A DNA stretch of 62,951 nt, counting the filler, from Globobulimina sp. (lineage: Eukaryota): assembly GCA_003354225.1 (NCBI GenBank). It is 22 parts of 22 records of this genome, joined end to end, with 100 filler letters (N's around TTAATTAATTAA, not from the genome) between each part and the next. Parts side by side here need not be neighbours in the genome. Positions count along the whole stretch, not along the records: positions 37,270 to 40,035 come from PIVH01004986.1; positions 40,136 to 42,900 come from PIVH01004987.1; positions 43,001 to 45,765 come from PIVH01004988.1; positions 45,866 to 48,630 come from PIVH01004989.1; positions 48,731 to 51,495 come from PIVH01004990.1; positions 51,596 to 54,360 come from PIVH01004991.1; 16 more parts are not named here. One strand, 5' to 3'. The notes below the pieces were generated by a model. It saw nothing but the letters and a program-made list of their open reading frames with translations, was not told the origin of the DNA and ran no database searches. Made by a program: the position numbers and the translations under genes. Below are positions 37,270 through 51,868 of this stretch, in pieces. Each line of letters opens with the position of its first letter. The stretch's first letter is position 1.

Positions 37270-39753
37270 ATGGGGATAATGGGAAAGTTGAAGAAAATTC
37301 ATCCGATAATGCGGCGGACGAAAATAATCAATTTATTTAAGCATTTGTCCACAACGAATACAACGAATACAATTAAGTGCCGATGGCGTGCGAACCTTAT
37401 TAAGCACAACCAATGGCCCAATATCCATTATGCCTCATTCTGTCACTGTAAAACGTGTCGACACCATCAAAATCAAGCCAGTCCGAAAGTTCTCCGAATT
37501 TTTAGCTGACAGTGTCGCTGAGCAGAAGCAAAGGTTGGCGCGGCAGCAGAGTCCAAGTGCGACCCCGCTCACAAAAATCAAAGACCAAATTATGCAAAGA
37601 AGCGCAGGAGCGGGCGGTTAGAAACATTTATAAAAACAAATCAGTGACGGAGATCGATAATTTAGTTTATTATAATCGTGGCATCCTGTGTTGGCATTGC
37701 GGCGTGTTCCACACATCTGACGCCAAACACTTCTGTAGTGAGCGCAAGAACAGACCGGTTGACCCCCGCGATGGATCCCAGGGTTTGGTTTTTTCATCCT
37801 CTTCGTTATCGCATGTGTCCAAAGTCATGTTTGAGCACAATGTGGTTTTAAGAATGTTACTGGACAGAAATCCGTATTCGAGGTCGAATGCGAAATTGAT
37901 GGATTGGCCGCTTACCGATGAATATAAACAATTATTTGGTAATATGCGCCTCGATGACATGTTCTACAATCATGCAGTGACCGCCGCGGAGGAGAAAGCA
38001 CCGGAAGCAGACGACGAGGATAAAAACAAAATGAGTTTGAACATGGATATCGTCAATGCGCTACAAATCATGCGTTATTCTTTTTGGCCGGAACACTTAA
38101 TGACCTCGGAAATCAAATATGTGGTCACCGCGAAAGATCCTCCATCCGATAACAGTGCGACCTTAAAAGGCGCCCAGTATGACCAGAGACAGAATGTTGG
38201 GTTCAAGAAAGCCTCCGAACTGTAGGAATGGCGCCAGGGGTGAGGGCATCCCTACATTCACATCGCGCCAGAATTGCAAAACAACTCCTTTTTGTATCAT
38301 ATTTCTTTTTATCCTGTGCAGTCTCCGCTTTGTGTGTTACATATATTTTTATTACATAATTATTCTCTTTATCCCAATTAGTTATTCCATGTTAATTTAT
38401 CTCCATTTGGTCTCCTGAACCATCAATCAGCGTGCACTACTGTGCTACACTACTTCCCACACTGCATCCAACACTGTATCGCCATATGTGCGCCAACACT
38501 ATAATCCAATGACTGAGTCCGAGCGTTACCGTGCTGGTTTTATGATCAGTACAAAAGACAGAAAGCACACACAAACACTCTACAAATTCATTGAAAAGAA
38601 CCAGCACAACATACGTGGCTATTTCAAGCACGTCAAAATCATAATGAACAAATCTATGCGATGGCTGACCATGCGCATGCCAGTTCATCGCCTAAATCCG
38701 ATTAAATATCACATCATAAACAACTTTCATAAATCCATACAATTGCGATTCAAAAACATCCCCTTCTCCGATCCCACGGCTGAAAGAACAGTCGGGAAAC
38801 AATTACACGCATATCACAGTGACCCGGCTGTCATTGCCATGGTCCATAAATTCCTTCTACAGTTTGAATATGTTGACGACACACTCATTATCCAACAATC
38901 GATCCGACAGAAAAAGTATCACATCCGCTGGACCATCCCTGAGAGCAAATGTAGTGCTGACATAATAGCACATTGGGATACACACCAGCACGCCAACTGG
39001 CTCCGTTTCCACCCAACTGGCTCCGTGTTTAAGCGCTCCCTGGCACGCTATAATACCACTTCGCAGGCACTGATGGATTATAAAAAGTACATGACCCATA
39101 AAGTCATCCAATCCCACCTAAATAACTCCCTCTTTCGTGATCGAGACATTCCAAACATTATCCAACAATTCCCGTTCCTACAATACTATTCTCCCCGCAC
39201 TGAACCGATTGTCGCAACCAAAATCTCGCTCAAAAAACTATCGATTGGCTTTCTGAATATCAACGGTGCCGCCCGACGCAAAATCCAACTAATCCACCCG
39301 TATATGCAACAACTCATTACGCACCACAACCTAGACATAATATGTATGGTGGACACGCGTTGCCCTTCCAGACCCACTTGGTCACTCCCTGGCTACTCCT
39401 TAGTTGCCCACAAACCGCCAATGCGTGCAAATAATTTCCCGAAGGTTGGTTGCATACTAATATACAAAAAACGACAACTGCGCAACAAAATTAACTATGC
39501 AAAACGCACCAGAGGCCATAATACTGTGTGGCTCTCAATCTGTTTTGATGACCAGTCCAAACCAACCTATCTCTCGGTGAACTATGCCAGACCTTTTAAA
39601 TCTGAAAATGCAGAGAGAAGCACCAAATTCTATAATAACTTAACCGATGATATCCAACGCTACACGCCGCATTGCCACAATATGTTTGTCATTGGTGATT
39701 TCAACGCCAGAATGGGTCAGGCGACCCTTGACCACAATACAAATGCGCATTAG
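37270..39753 (+). mobile_element. Degenerate non-LTR retrotransposon fragment: ORF1-like remnant plus AP-endonuclease ORF, no RT
   Basis: ORF 38488-39753: IGFLNING, LDIICMVDT, VNYA.P, VIGDFNAR, then a stop. Upstream frameshifted ORF has a CWHCGVFH......C knuckle-like motif. Confidence 0.72.
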
Positions 39754-39966
39754 ACCAAAGTCAACTAACTTTTTCTTAACTCGAGTACTTTCAAAGTTAA
39801 TTACATGTCACTTCCGCTTTAGTCTGGCAACTTTAAATCTGTTTCCCATTAATGAATTTAACCCAATTGAGTATTAAATTCATATGAAACCGATTCAAAG
39901 CAATCTAAAAATCGCTTCTCCAGATTTACTTTTTCAAAAATGGAAAATGCTACAAATAAGAAAAAT

Positions 39967-40035
39967 GGACACCTAGCTCAATTGGCAGAGCATTGGTTTG
40001 AATGGAAAGCAAACCAAATGGATGTAGGTTCGAAT
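39967..40035 (+). tRNA. tRNA or tRNA-derived gene truncated at contig end; possibly Phe(GAA) with an 8-nt insert
   Basis: GGACACC TA GCTC AATTGGCA GAGC A TTGGT...ACCAA ATGGAT GTAGG TTCGAAT: D arm/A box and T loop/B box present. Confidence 0.75.
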
Positions 40036-40135
40036 NNNNNNNNNNNNNNNNNNNNNNNNNNNNNNNNNNNNNNNNNNNNTTAATTAATTAANNNNNNNNN
40101 NNNNNNNNNNNNNNNNNNNNNNNNNNNNNNNNNNN

Positions 40136-40641
40136 TTATTATTATTGGTGTTGGTGTTGGTGTTGTTGTTGGTGTTGTTGTTATTATTTGACGGCACCGA
40201 TTTATTTGCAACAGTTTGCGCACGAACTCGAAGGATTTTTTTCTTTTTTTTCTTTTTTTGCTTTTTTGGGGCTTGTGATTCCATTATGGATTCTCCATTC
40301 ATTTTAGACTCATTATTATGTCCATTCATATCCTTATTATTATTATTTTGATTTTTATTTTGTTTGTTATTATCTCCAAAAACAAAATCGCCAAAAGGAT
40401 CACCAAATGGATTAGCATTAGCATTAGCATTCACATTATTGCTTTTATCATTGTTTGCAGCAAATGATCCAAACAAATCTAATAAATCGTCTTGTGCATG
40501 TTTGGGTGCTTGCTTTTTCATTTTCATTTTCATATTATTTGAATGTGCCACAGGAGGTTTCTCATAATCAGTCCGTGCTCGAGTCCGTGTATTGATTGGT
40601 TTTTTTCTGCTCCTGCTCGACGGCTGAGGTCCTTGAAGCAT
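40136..40641 (-). CDS. Low-complexity protein with DLL, NPF and DPF motifs (3' partial)
   Basis: DLLDLF and NPFGDPFGDF resemble endocytic adaptor motifs; Asn-rich. Confidence 0.5.
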
Positions 40642-40726
40642 TGTTAGTGTTAGTTTGCTTCAGTTCAGTTAACTTACTATGTTTACATTACATTACATTA
40701 TATAATATAATATATCAAAATTAAAC

Positions 40727-42482
40727 TCAAAAGCAATCGCAAGGATCAATATCACATTTGAAGTCGCATCGAACACAAAATATTAAACAAACAATGATGA
40801 ACCAAAATAAGCCAGCAACAACAACAAGTGGTACCACAACAGCTAAAAAACATAATATAATTAGTATTCTATTCAACCATCGAGGGAAACAATGAGGACA
40901 TCGACAAAATCGAGGCGTGTACTGAGCGCCTGGACAGCCGAAAATATTCCACCATTCAAAATGATGGTCGTTATATGGACCCTTACAAATCCAACAAAAC
41001 TCATATTTGCAGGAACTGCATGTCATGTGATTGCAGCCATCTTCTTTTTCTATGCCCATCCTGCATTTGGGACACTTTTGGACGTCCTTATTTAGTGCCC
41101 ACTTCGTGTAACTTATATCAATGTGGCGGTTGCAACCAACAAAGAGACCGTGCCACGGCTGGCTGCAATTAAAACAAATGGCAGTCTCACAAATGGGACA
41201 TATCAATTTGCGCTTTATTCGACTGCCAAGCATTATGCCCTCACAATCCGGTTTACAACAAAACCGACAGTGCGGGTTCAATTGCAATAATTTATTCGTC
41301 CGAAATTTTGAAAATTTATCTCGTAACTCCTCGTTATCCAAATATGACAATATCTCCTCTTCGCCGATTAAGCGGCCACACTTTGGATCGATGCACGATA
41401 ATTTTAACACATCGCCAGAGAGTATCTTCACTTTGTAATGGTTTGACAAACATATTCTGCAATAATTGTGACCACAAATCGCATCCGAAAACATATCCAA
41501 TCTGCGATCATCAAAACATATTAAACATTTCTTACAATCATCTTGATCTTGCAATGGCAGTGCCTCCTCTTTCTCCTCTTTCTCTTTTTCTTTTATCTCG
41601 CTTTTCATTTCTATCTCAGTCTCAGTCTCAGTCTCGCTCTCCGCTATCGATTTCACTCTTTTTTCAATAACATCTTGTAACAATGTGCTCTTTTCTTGTT
41701 TTTCTGGCTTTTCTGGCTTTTCTATTATTATTAATTTATCGCCATTACAATCAATTATATGTTCAAACCGCTTTAAACCGCAAACAGCGCAGATCGACAA
41801 CGGCAATGATTCAGATTCAGACTCATTAATCGAAATAGATAATAATTGATTGTTATTGTTATGATTCTCAATATATCGATGAAATAACGCATCGGGATTA
41901 TTCATAATAAATTCGACGGCGGCTTCGACAGATTCAGCGTTGGTAGCAACTAAAGCCGCCTCTGCTTGCTTAGTAAAACCCATTTCGTTTAAACGACCCA
42001 TAAAGTCACGAAATGCATTATTGGTCGCTTCAAAACTTAACGGTGTGGAATAAAATGGCATTTTAATTAAGACATTGCGAGCCGGCACAAGTACTTGCTC
42101 CTTAATCTCGGACTTATTGGATTCTTGAGATGTTAAATGCAAATGTAAAGGTTCGAGGGTTGCTACAGACACAATCTTTTCCTATATTTCATTATATAGA
42201 ATATTAAAACATAATATATATATATTAAAGTAAATTAATACGTACCAATCCGGAATCCAATGAATGAGCTCTATGCAAAACATCAACCAATGGTGGCGAT
42301 GATAAATCTCCTTTTCCTTTTCCTTTTTCTTGATTTGTTTTACAATCGTAATTATTTGGCGTCGATTGTGATTTTGAAATAGATTCGATATTTCCTGCAT
42401 ATTCAATCGGGAGATCAAGTGCTGCGATGGATGCGCGTCCAACAATATTCTCTTCTTCTTCTTCTATGACAGTTGTTGACAT
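40727..42482 (-). CDS. RBR E3 ubiquitin ligase with UBA domain and C-terminal TM anchor (intron 42182-42245)
   Basis: UBA LNEMGF...AL.......AAVEFI; RING1 CLIC..CGH.YC..C; IBR; RING2 CPKC...IEK.DGCNHMTC; hydrophobic tail. Confidence 0.92.
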
Positions 42483-42633
42483 TTACAGATTTACTAAACG
42501 ATTGAAAAACTTTTTTCCCCCAACTTGACATTCGGAGAATCTGTAAAGGTACACATTATGACATTTTATTATTTGTATATATATTTATATATATGTATGT
42601 ATTGTGAATTTGTGATAGTGTTTCAACGATTGA

Positions 42634-42900
42634 ATGAGTAACGGACTGTTAAGCAGCGGAGGATTTAGTGGATGGGATACGACGCCTATTCAAAATAATA
42701 GCAATAATAGCAATAATAGCACTGTTTCAGTGAATGATTTATTCGACAACGACACTAATAATAATAATAATAGCAAACTAAAACCATATAAAAATGAGCG
42801 AGGATCAGCGGCAACGGATTATAATCCATTCCAATCACAACAACCGCTACAACCACAACAAGAAGAACACGAAGTCGAAAATGAATATGTTAATCCATTT
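42634..42900 (+). CDS. NPF-containing N-terminal fragment
   Basis: ATG-initiated ORF running into the spacer, with two NPF motifs. Confidence 0.4.
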
Positions 42901-43000
42901 NNNNNNNNNNNNNNNNNNNNNNNNNNNNNNNNNNNNNNNNNNNNTTAATTAATTAANNNNNNNNNNNNNNNNNNNNNNNNNNNNNNNNNNNNNNNNNNNN

Positions 43001-43268
43001 TATTATTTCCTATAATTATATGAATTGTATGATATCCAATGGTTGAGATTGTAGTATTTGCGGATGAACTACCTTCCATTTCCCAACATGGTGGATCCTG
43101 ACAATGTTGTGAATCCGTTGAATTGACAAACACGTTATATCGAACATTTTCCATCATCCAATCTTGTAAACCATCAAAATCAGAAAAATAGAATATCTCT
43201 CCAGGTTGTGAATTTATTGCATATTGCAACAATATTAATGCAATTCCAATAGCACACAAACGCATCAT
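43001..43268 (-). CDS. Secreted/surface protein N-terminus, tandem paralog of 43501-45500 (3' partial)
   Basis: Signal peptide; FYFSDFDGL.DW...C...PCWE..G.SSA matches the neighbour's [11 protein letters not shown]...C..VPCWE..GGSSA. Confidence 0.7.
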
Positions 43269-43500
43269 GCTTAGTTTAGTTTTAATAGTTCCAAATCGGC
43301 AGAAAAGGTTTAATACGGACAAGTACCTACAAATGTGTGAGAAACACAACAATTGCCATATATAAATATCACTGCAGAACGATTAATTTTATTTGACAAA
43401 TTTTCATCTATTAATAACAATGAAAACAGCAACATAATATATTGCTTCTAAAACAAAAAATAACTAAATTATATACATTGTCAATTACATTTCTCAAATC

Positions 43501-45469
43501 TCATTGTAGCGTATCAAAATCTAAAAGTTCCAATCCGTCCAATACCGCCATATCATCATCATCATCATAAACATTCATTGGTCCACCAACTGTAACAATT
43601 GCATTATTCGTTGCCAATACTACCTCATTATCTGATTCATGCGATGCATCACTCACATTTTTGACATTATCAATTTCATTTCCCATTGACAATTTTTTAA
43701 ATATTTCATCCTGTTCCATTTCATTCACAATTTCCTCCAAAACAATGGATTGCACCAATGCATGATCACCAATTATTTGCCCAAACTCATCTGTTCCTTT
43801 GTTTTCATCACAATCATGATTTGATTCCTTACCCTCATTCTCCTGCCTTCTGACTGGAGTCATCGGGGTGCCAACACCGCTCATCTCGACGGCAAAAAAC
43901 CCGGTCACATTTTCTATCGGCGATACAGAAGTCGACATAACTTGAACATGGTCAACATTTTTAATCCCGGCTTTATAATCATCCGCTGTCATTATTTTGA
44001 CAGTATTGGATATCGATATTTTATTCTTTTCTCTCTTATAAATTATCACTACACAGATCATACATATTATTAACAATACTGTTCCTACACTGAATATCAT
44101 ATATATACTGCTATCAGCAGTATTATTTGCATTTGTGCGCTCTGCGTTGCCACTGACATTATGTTGAGTAGTTTGCATGTTTTGTATGGGTGAGGATGTC
44201 GGAGTGGTTGTGGGATGAGAATAACGTATCCGTAGTATAGGAGACGGTGTCGGGTTTATGCTCGGATCCGCTGCTGGATACTTTGTGGTTGGTTCAAGTG
44301 TTGGATCATCTGTAGGCTCATGTGTTGGATATGTGGGTGAATAGGTGGCTGGACTAGTTGTTGGATCATAGCTAGGATCTGCTGTTGGATTATGTGTAGG
44401 GTCATAGGTTGGATCGTTTGTGGGATAATTTGTGCGTGCTGTTGTTGGATTATTTGTTGGTGATGGTGTTGGGTTATTTGTGGGCTGTGATGTTACGAGC
44501 GTTGGTATATGCGTTGGTGTGGGATTTTGTGTAAGCGCTGCTGTTGGCATATTTGTTGGTGTTGCAGTTGTAGGTGTTCCTGTTGTCGTTGGTGTTCCAG
44601 TCGTTGGTGTTCCAGTCGTTGGTGTTCCTGTTGTTGGCGTCCCAGTCGTTGGTGTTCCTGTTGTTGGTGTTCCAGTCGTTGGTGTTCCAGTCGTTGGTGT
44701 TCCTGTTGTTGGTGTTGCTGTTGTGGGTGATGTGGGGTTATTTGAAGGGTCATATGTTGGGTTATTTATAGGATCTGTTGTTGGTGACGGTGTAGGATAT
44801 TTTGTTGGGTTATTTGTGGGTGATGGTGTTAATGGCGCAGTTGGATTATATGTTGGCGATGGTGTGAGGTTGTTAGTGGGTGATGGAGTGGGATAGTTGG
44901 TTGGTGTTGGAGTTGGTACAGATGTTGGTGGTTTCGTTGGGTTTGCCGTAGGGTATTTAATACCAAATATTTGAAGATTATCAAAGTAGCAGAGATCAGC
45001 TACAGCGTTTCCCGAATTACCTAATCGGAGTTGTAATGCAGGCTGGCCGTTATAAGTGTTGTTATCAGGTATTGTTATTTGATAATCGAGTGCTACGTTA
45101 TCATTTTTGCCAAGTATGTTAACATTGATCCATGATGTCACCGGTGTTTTGTATTGTAGATAACAATATTCTCCGCTATTTAAGTTTCTTTCTTCGGTAT
45201 CTGTTAGATATGTTTTCAGAGTGCAAGGCTCAGTGTCTGAGGTATATAGAAAACATACCAATTACAATACGCATTGTGTGATATAAGATTACTGGGATCG
45301 AGTTGGTGGCAGATGAACCGCCTTGGCTTTCCCAACAGGGGACATTTTGGCAGCGTGCGTTGGTTGAATTAGTGGTAATGGCTAGATTTTCTTGTGTCCA
45401 TTCTGATAGGCCGTTGAAATCAAAAAAATAAAATCTTTGTTCGGTTTGTGCATTGATTGTAGATTGCAA
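43501..45469 (-). CDS. Type I membrane glycoprotein with PT-rich mucin-like stalk (candidate intron 45237-45258; 5' end unclear)
   Basis: Globular N-terminal domain, PTxxPT repeats, TM helix, acidic cytoplasmic tail. Confidence 0.8.
44560..44722. repeat. 15-bp coding tandem repeat (TGTPT, about 10 copies)
   Basis: GGTGTTCC(AGTC/TGTT)GTT units. Confidence 0.9.
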
Positions 45470-46043
45470 ATTGCAATGCGTTCAATAGCATACACAATTG
45501 TAGCCAGCAAGACGGCGGTGTAGTGCGCATGATCGTGTGGTGGGCAGTTTTGCCAGTTTTATCACATTATGATAAAAACATGGAGCGGAGGACAATTTAT
45601 ATACAGGATAATTATACACATTGCAGTGTTATTTTTATTGATACTTTTTTGTTGTTTGAGATCCTTCATTCTTATGATAATCACCAACGTTAAAAATTTG
45701 ATTGCTTTTTATTCTGATTCCTCGCAATATTTTTATTCTTTGTGCTTTTTTATTGATTCCAAGGTNNNNNNNNNNNNNNNNNNNNNNNNNNNNNNNNNNN
45801 NNNNNNNNNTTAATTAATTAANNNNNNNNNNNNNNNNNNNNNNNNNNNNNNNNNNNNNNNNNNNNCGCCTCTACCGCCTCTACTACCAAATCCTCCGCGT
45901 CCACGTGTCATTCCACCTCCTCTGAAACCTCCACGACCCATTTTGTTTGTTTATTTGGTAATTTGGTTTTGGATTAAAAATTATAATTATCTTGAATTAA
46001 TAGTGAGGTTTTTTAAATAAGCTCAAGTCAACTGATCTCGAAC

Positions 46044-48266
46044 ATGGAACGTCGTTGTCATTTTGCTGAATGTCAACAAGAGCGTTACAGTGATGACTAC
46101 ATTCCATACACATGCACAGAATGTGACAAGATTTTCTGTGAAAGTCATGTTGCAATTGGGAAGCATGATTGTGTAAATCTGAAACAAAACTACAAAAACA
46201 AAAATAAGAAGTCAGAATTATCAGATTTGGAAGTTGATGGTTTAAATGAAGACATAAAATCGTTTGAATTATCGGATAATGTGATATTAAAATGTAGATT
46301 TAATGAATGTAATGAAACCTCAGACTCTGCCATTTTTGTGCAATGCTCAACCTGTAAGCGATCGTATTGTGCCTCACATCGTAATACCAATGACCATAAT
46401 TGCAAAAATATTAAATTTACTTTAAAAGAAAGAGCCATTATTCGTGGATATTGGCAATGTGAAATATGCACTTTTATGAATGCGCCATCAACCAAAAAAT
46501 GCCTGGTTTGTCAATTGAATTCATACACTGATAAAAGCGATGGTATTTGTCCATATTGCACCAAATCAATCAGTTATATATTATATGAAACCCATTTAAA
46601 AATCTGCGAAAACAAACAAACAAACGAGTCCGCATTAGACGAAATTATATGTCCATATTGCAAAAACGCTGTATATCAATTTATATTCGATCATCACATT
46701 CAAAAATGTATCAATAAAACCAGCACAAACACGCATAAAACAAATAAAAAAGACGCACGAGTCACTCTGTATTGTGATGAATGTAAAACATATATTTCTT
46801 ACAAAGTATATGATTTCCATAAAACATGGTGTAGAGGCAAAGAAAAAGCAGCAGTGTTATCTAGTAATTATAATTTGAGTGAGAAAGATCTCGGTGAATT
46901 TTGTCCAAAATGTGGAATATTAATTTCAAAGAAAGTTTATGAGAAACATTTAGCAAAATGTTACAGTGAAAAAGATAAAAAGTATGCAATAAATGGAATA
47001 AATGCAACATATACAAAGGAAAAACAGAAAGAAGAAACCTGCCCATTTTGTGTCAGAGTATATTTTAATCTTCAACGTCATTTAAAATATTGTAGTGATC
47101 TACGTGATATCCAACGGAGTTTTGACGATAATGATAATGAGTCAACAGATGAAGATATGGACATAATTCCAGCTACACCTAATAAACAGGCTAAAATGCG
47201 AGGGATTCACTCGAAAAATATGCCCTCACCAAATACGCCTTCACCAAATCTGGATTCTGCTAAAATCAAATCCGAAATCAAAGGACAATATGTGCGGAAA
47301 CGCAGAAATCATAAACCGAAACATTTATGGATACAAACAACTTTACATAATCCACTGAAAAGACATCGATATCCGAATGGCGATGATGATGATAAAGAGC
47401 CAGAACCTAAAAAAAGCAGAATGATGCATAAGAGAATAAAGATACCGAATCACAAAGAAACATTGTTATATATAAAAGATTTAAAGGATGAGGAGAATAT
47501 AAAATGTTATTGGATGATGCCTCCACTCCATAATTATACACAAATTGTGTTTAAAATTACGGAAAAGGATTATAAAACGTTACTGGACCATTATGTCGAT
47601 GACAGCGTATTCATTCGGAAAATGATTGATTTTCAATTAAAATATATTTACAGTGGTTGGTTATTTACGTTTCAACCGAGAATTTATATATTTTCGTGTC
47701 AATTTTATGAGGATGAATTGAAGGACATTGCTGATGTGGATGCTATGGATGTTGATATTACGTATTTTGATTTTTTATTTGAGAAACAATTTTTAATAAT
47801 ACCAAAATTGAGTGAATTTACGTCGTGTTGGGAGTTAATTATTGTTTGTTATCATAACAATATTAAAAATAAAAAAAGTAATGAAAAACCGTGCATTGTG
47901 ACATGGGATGTACTACAAAAAGATAACAAAGGTAAAACAAAGACAAATAGAGTTATTCGCAAATGGTTAGATTTACAATACAAAAATAAATACAATACTC
48001 AAGAAACGTTATTTACAGCAACGAAAATAAGAGCACATAATATGGCTAAAATCCCAAAGTTACTCAGTGGCAGATTGCATAGGGAATCATGGTGTTATCA
48101 ACTGTTAAATTTTAAAAAATGGGGAATTATGGGCGGATATAAAAATACTGCCTCAAAAGCAAAATTGGATGAAATAAGCTTTGGATTCACACAGGTGAAG
48201 GAATATAAAGATGATATTGTTTCGATAATTGATCATTTACATAAAATTCAAAAAAAATATTTCTAA
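46044..48266 (+). CDS. Multi-zinc-finger protein (2x AN1, RanBP2-type, several C2HC) with degenerate Ulp1/SENP-like C-terminal domain
   Basis: C....C...C..C...FC..H....H.C twice; WQCEICTFMN......CLVC; CPYC...H...C repeats; IYIFSCQFY, LFEKQFLIIP, WELIIVC, PCIVTWD. Confidence 0.7.
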   Translation: MERRCHFAECQQERYSDDYIPYTCTECDKIFCESHVAIGKHDCVNLKQNYKNKNKKSELSDLEVDGLNEDIKSFELSDNVILKCRFNECNETSDSAIFVQCSTCKRSYCASHRNTNDHNCKNIKFTLKERAIIRGYWQCEICTFMNAPSTKKCLVCQLNSYTDKSDGICPYCTKSISYILYETHLKICENKQTNESALDEIICPYCKNAVYQFIFDHHIQKCINKTSTNTHKTNKKDARVTLYCDECKTYISYKVYDFHKTWCRGKEKAAVLSSNYNLSEKDLGEFCPKCGILISKKVYEKHLAKCYSEKDKKYAINGINATYTKEKQKEETCPFCVRVYFNLQRHLKYCSDLRDIQRSFDDNDNESTDEDMDIIPATPNKQAKMRGIHSKNMPSPNTPSPNLDSAKIKSEIKGQYVRKRRNHKPKHLWIQTTLHNPLKRHRYPNGDDDDKEPEPKKSRMMHKRIKIPNHKETLLYIKDLKDEENIKCYWMMPPLHNYTQIVFKITEKDYKTLLDHYVDDSVFIRKMIDFQLKYIYSGWLFTFQPRIYIFSCQFYEDELKDIADVDAMDVDITYFDFLFEKQFLIIPKLSEFTSCWELIIVCYHNNIKNKKSNEKPCIVTWDVLQKDNKGKTKTNRVIRKWLDLQYKNKYNTQETLFTATKIRAHNMAKIPKLLSGRLHRESWCYQLLNFKKWGIMGGYKNTASKAKLDEISFGFTQVKEYKDDIVSIIDHLHKIQKKYF

Positions 48267-48357
48267 TCTAATTTTCACTTTCATTCTATACACATCTCCT
48301 CGCGCTTGATATTGAGAGTTTTTTTAAAGAACTAAGCCGAAGAGATCCAAGCAAACA

Positions 48358-48630
48358 ATGTCGTACGGAAAACATGAACAAAAAGTAGATCCCACGGAGT
48401 ATCGCGTCCCACGTAATTTCAAATTATTAGACGAGTTAGAAAGTGCAGAGAAAGGCAAATATGGTGATGTTAAAAAATACGGCCAAGATTGTAATATGGT
48501 TACATTAGGTTTAGATGGCCAAGATGCCACATTTACGCATTGGAATGCTTCCATTATACCACATCAAGTTATTTTTTTATTTTGTGAGAAATTCCAAAGT
48601 TTCAAACTTTAGTCTGAAAAAATAAAAAAA
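48358..48630 (+). CDS. MMS2: Ubiquitin-conjugating enzyme variant UEV1/Mms2, first exon only
   Basis: VPRNFKLLDELE.AEKG...T.GL......F..WNASII. Confidence 0.82.
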
Positions 48631-48753
48631 NNNNNNNNNNNNNNNNNNNNNNNNNNNNNNNNNNNNNNNNNNNNTTAATTAATTAANNNNNNNNNNNNNN
48701 NNNNNNNNNNNNNNNNNNNNNNNNNNNNNNTCGGAGTTATAATTCTAAAAAGA

Positions 48754-50907
<2,154 letters not shown>

Positions 50908-50993
50908 GATTTTGCCGATTATAAATCAAAAAAGTTTTTTGATTTTGTTCTACTTTGCCCTTGAGATTGCATGTCTTGTTCATTAAAACAACG

Positions 50994-51495
50994 ATGACTT
51001 GTGACGAAATAGCACCATGCATCATTTCAACAATGATGTTATTTATCATTATTTGCTTGGTAGTGCCAATATGTAGCTATGCTACGTTTTGGTTGTATAA
51101 ATATAGAAACCACCAACATATCCAACCACGATATCCATCATTTATCATAATATTATCCATATTATCCATATTCACATTACTTACCAAAGATACAACACTA
51201 TACATTCAAACATTCACAAATCCACACAAACCATCCACAATCAACCTAATCTTCGAACCTTTGTCATTATACATTGCATTCGGAATGTTAATCAGAGTCT
51301 GGCTCATCAATTACGACATAAATTACACTGTTTGGCAGGCTCAGCACAAATGGCAATCCCTATTACAAAATGAAATAAAACTCCCCCATAACTGGTACGC
51401 ACTAAACAAGCAAAAATATGGCAACTGGAAATATATGTTTTCACTCACATCCATACTATTTATCATCTTACCATTGACCATTATCGCCATCGGTA
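50994..51495 (+). CDS. Multi-pass (probably 7TM-type) membrane protein (3' partial)
   Basis: Four hydrophobic helices before the contig end. Confidence 0.55.
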
Positions 51496-51825
51496 NNNNN
51501 NNNNNNNNNNNNNNNNNNNNNNNNNNNNNNNNNNNNNNNTTAATTAATTAANNNNNNNNNNNNNNNNNNNNNNNNNNNNNNNNNNNNNNNNNNNNCAGAA
51601 TTACGCGGTGTTTGATTACAATGAATATTGGGATTTGGTGAGAATTGCGATGCGCAAATAATAGAAAATTCTTCTCGTTTACAGTAGTGTTCCCGATAAG
51701 AGATACGCATATTAGTACTAATATATATATTATACTGCTAATATATTGAATAAATGGTGGACCTGTCAAGGGATAATATATTTTTTTTTATTGTTTTTAA
51801 CATATTATCACTAATATATCATCAA

Positions 51826-51868
51826 AATATATGAGCAATATATGAGCAATATATGAGCAATATATGAT
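51826..51868. repeat. 11-bp tandem repeat AATATATGAGC, about 4 copies
   Basis: Directly visible. Confidence 0.85.

Noticed and set aside
44432-44896. Antisense ORFs with VVGVP or CCW repeats
   Set aside because: Shadows of the PT-repeat gene on the minus strand. The same applies to most short overlapping ORFs in the track.
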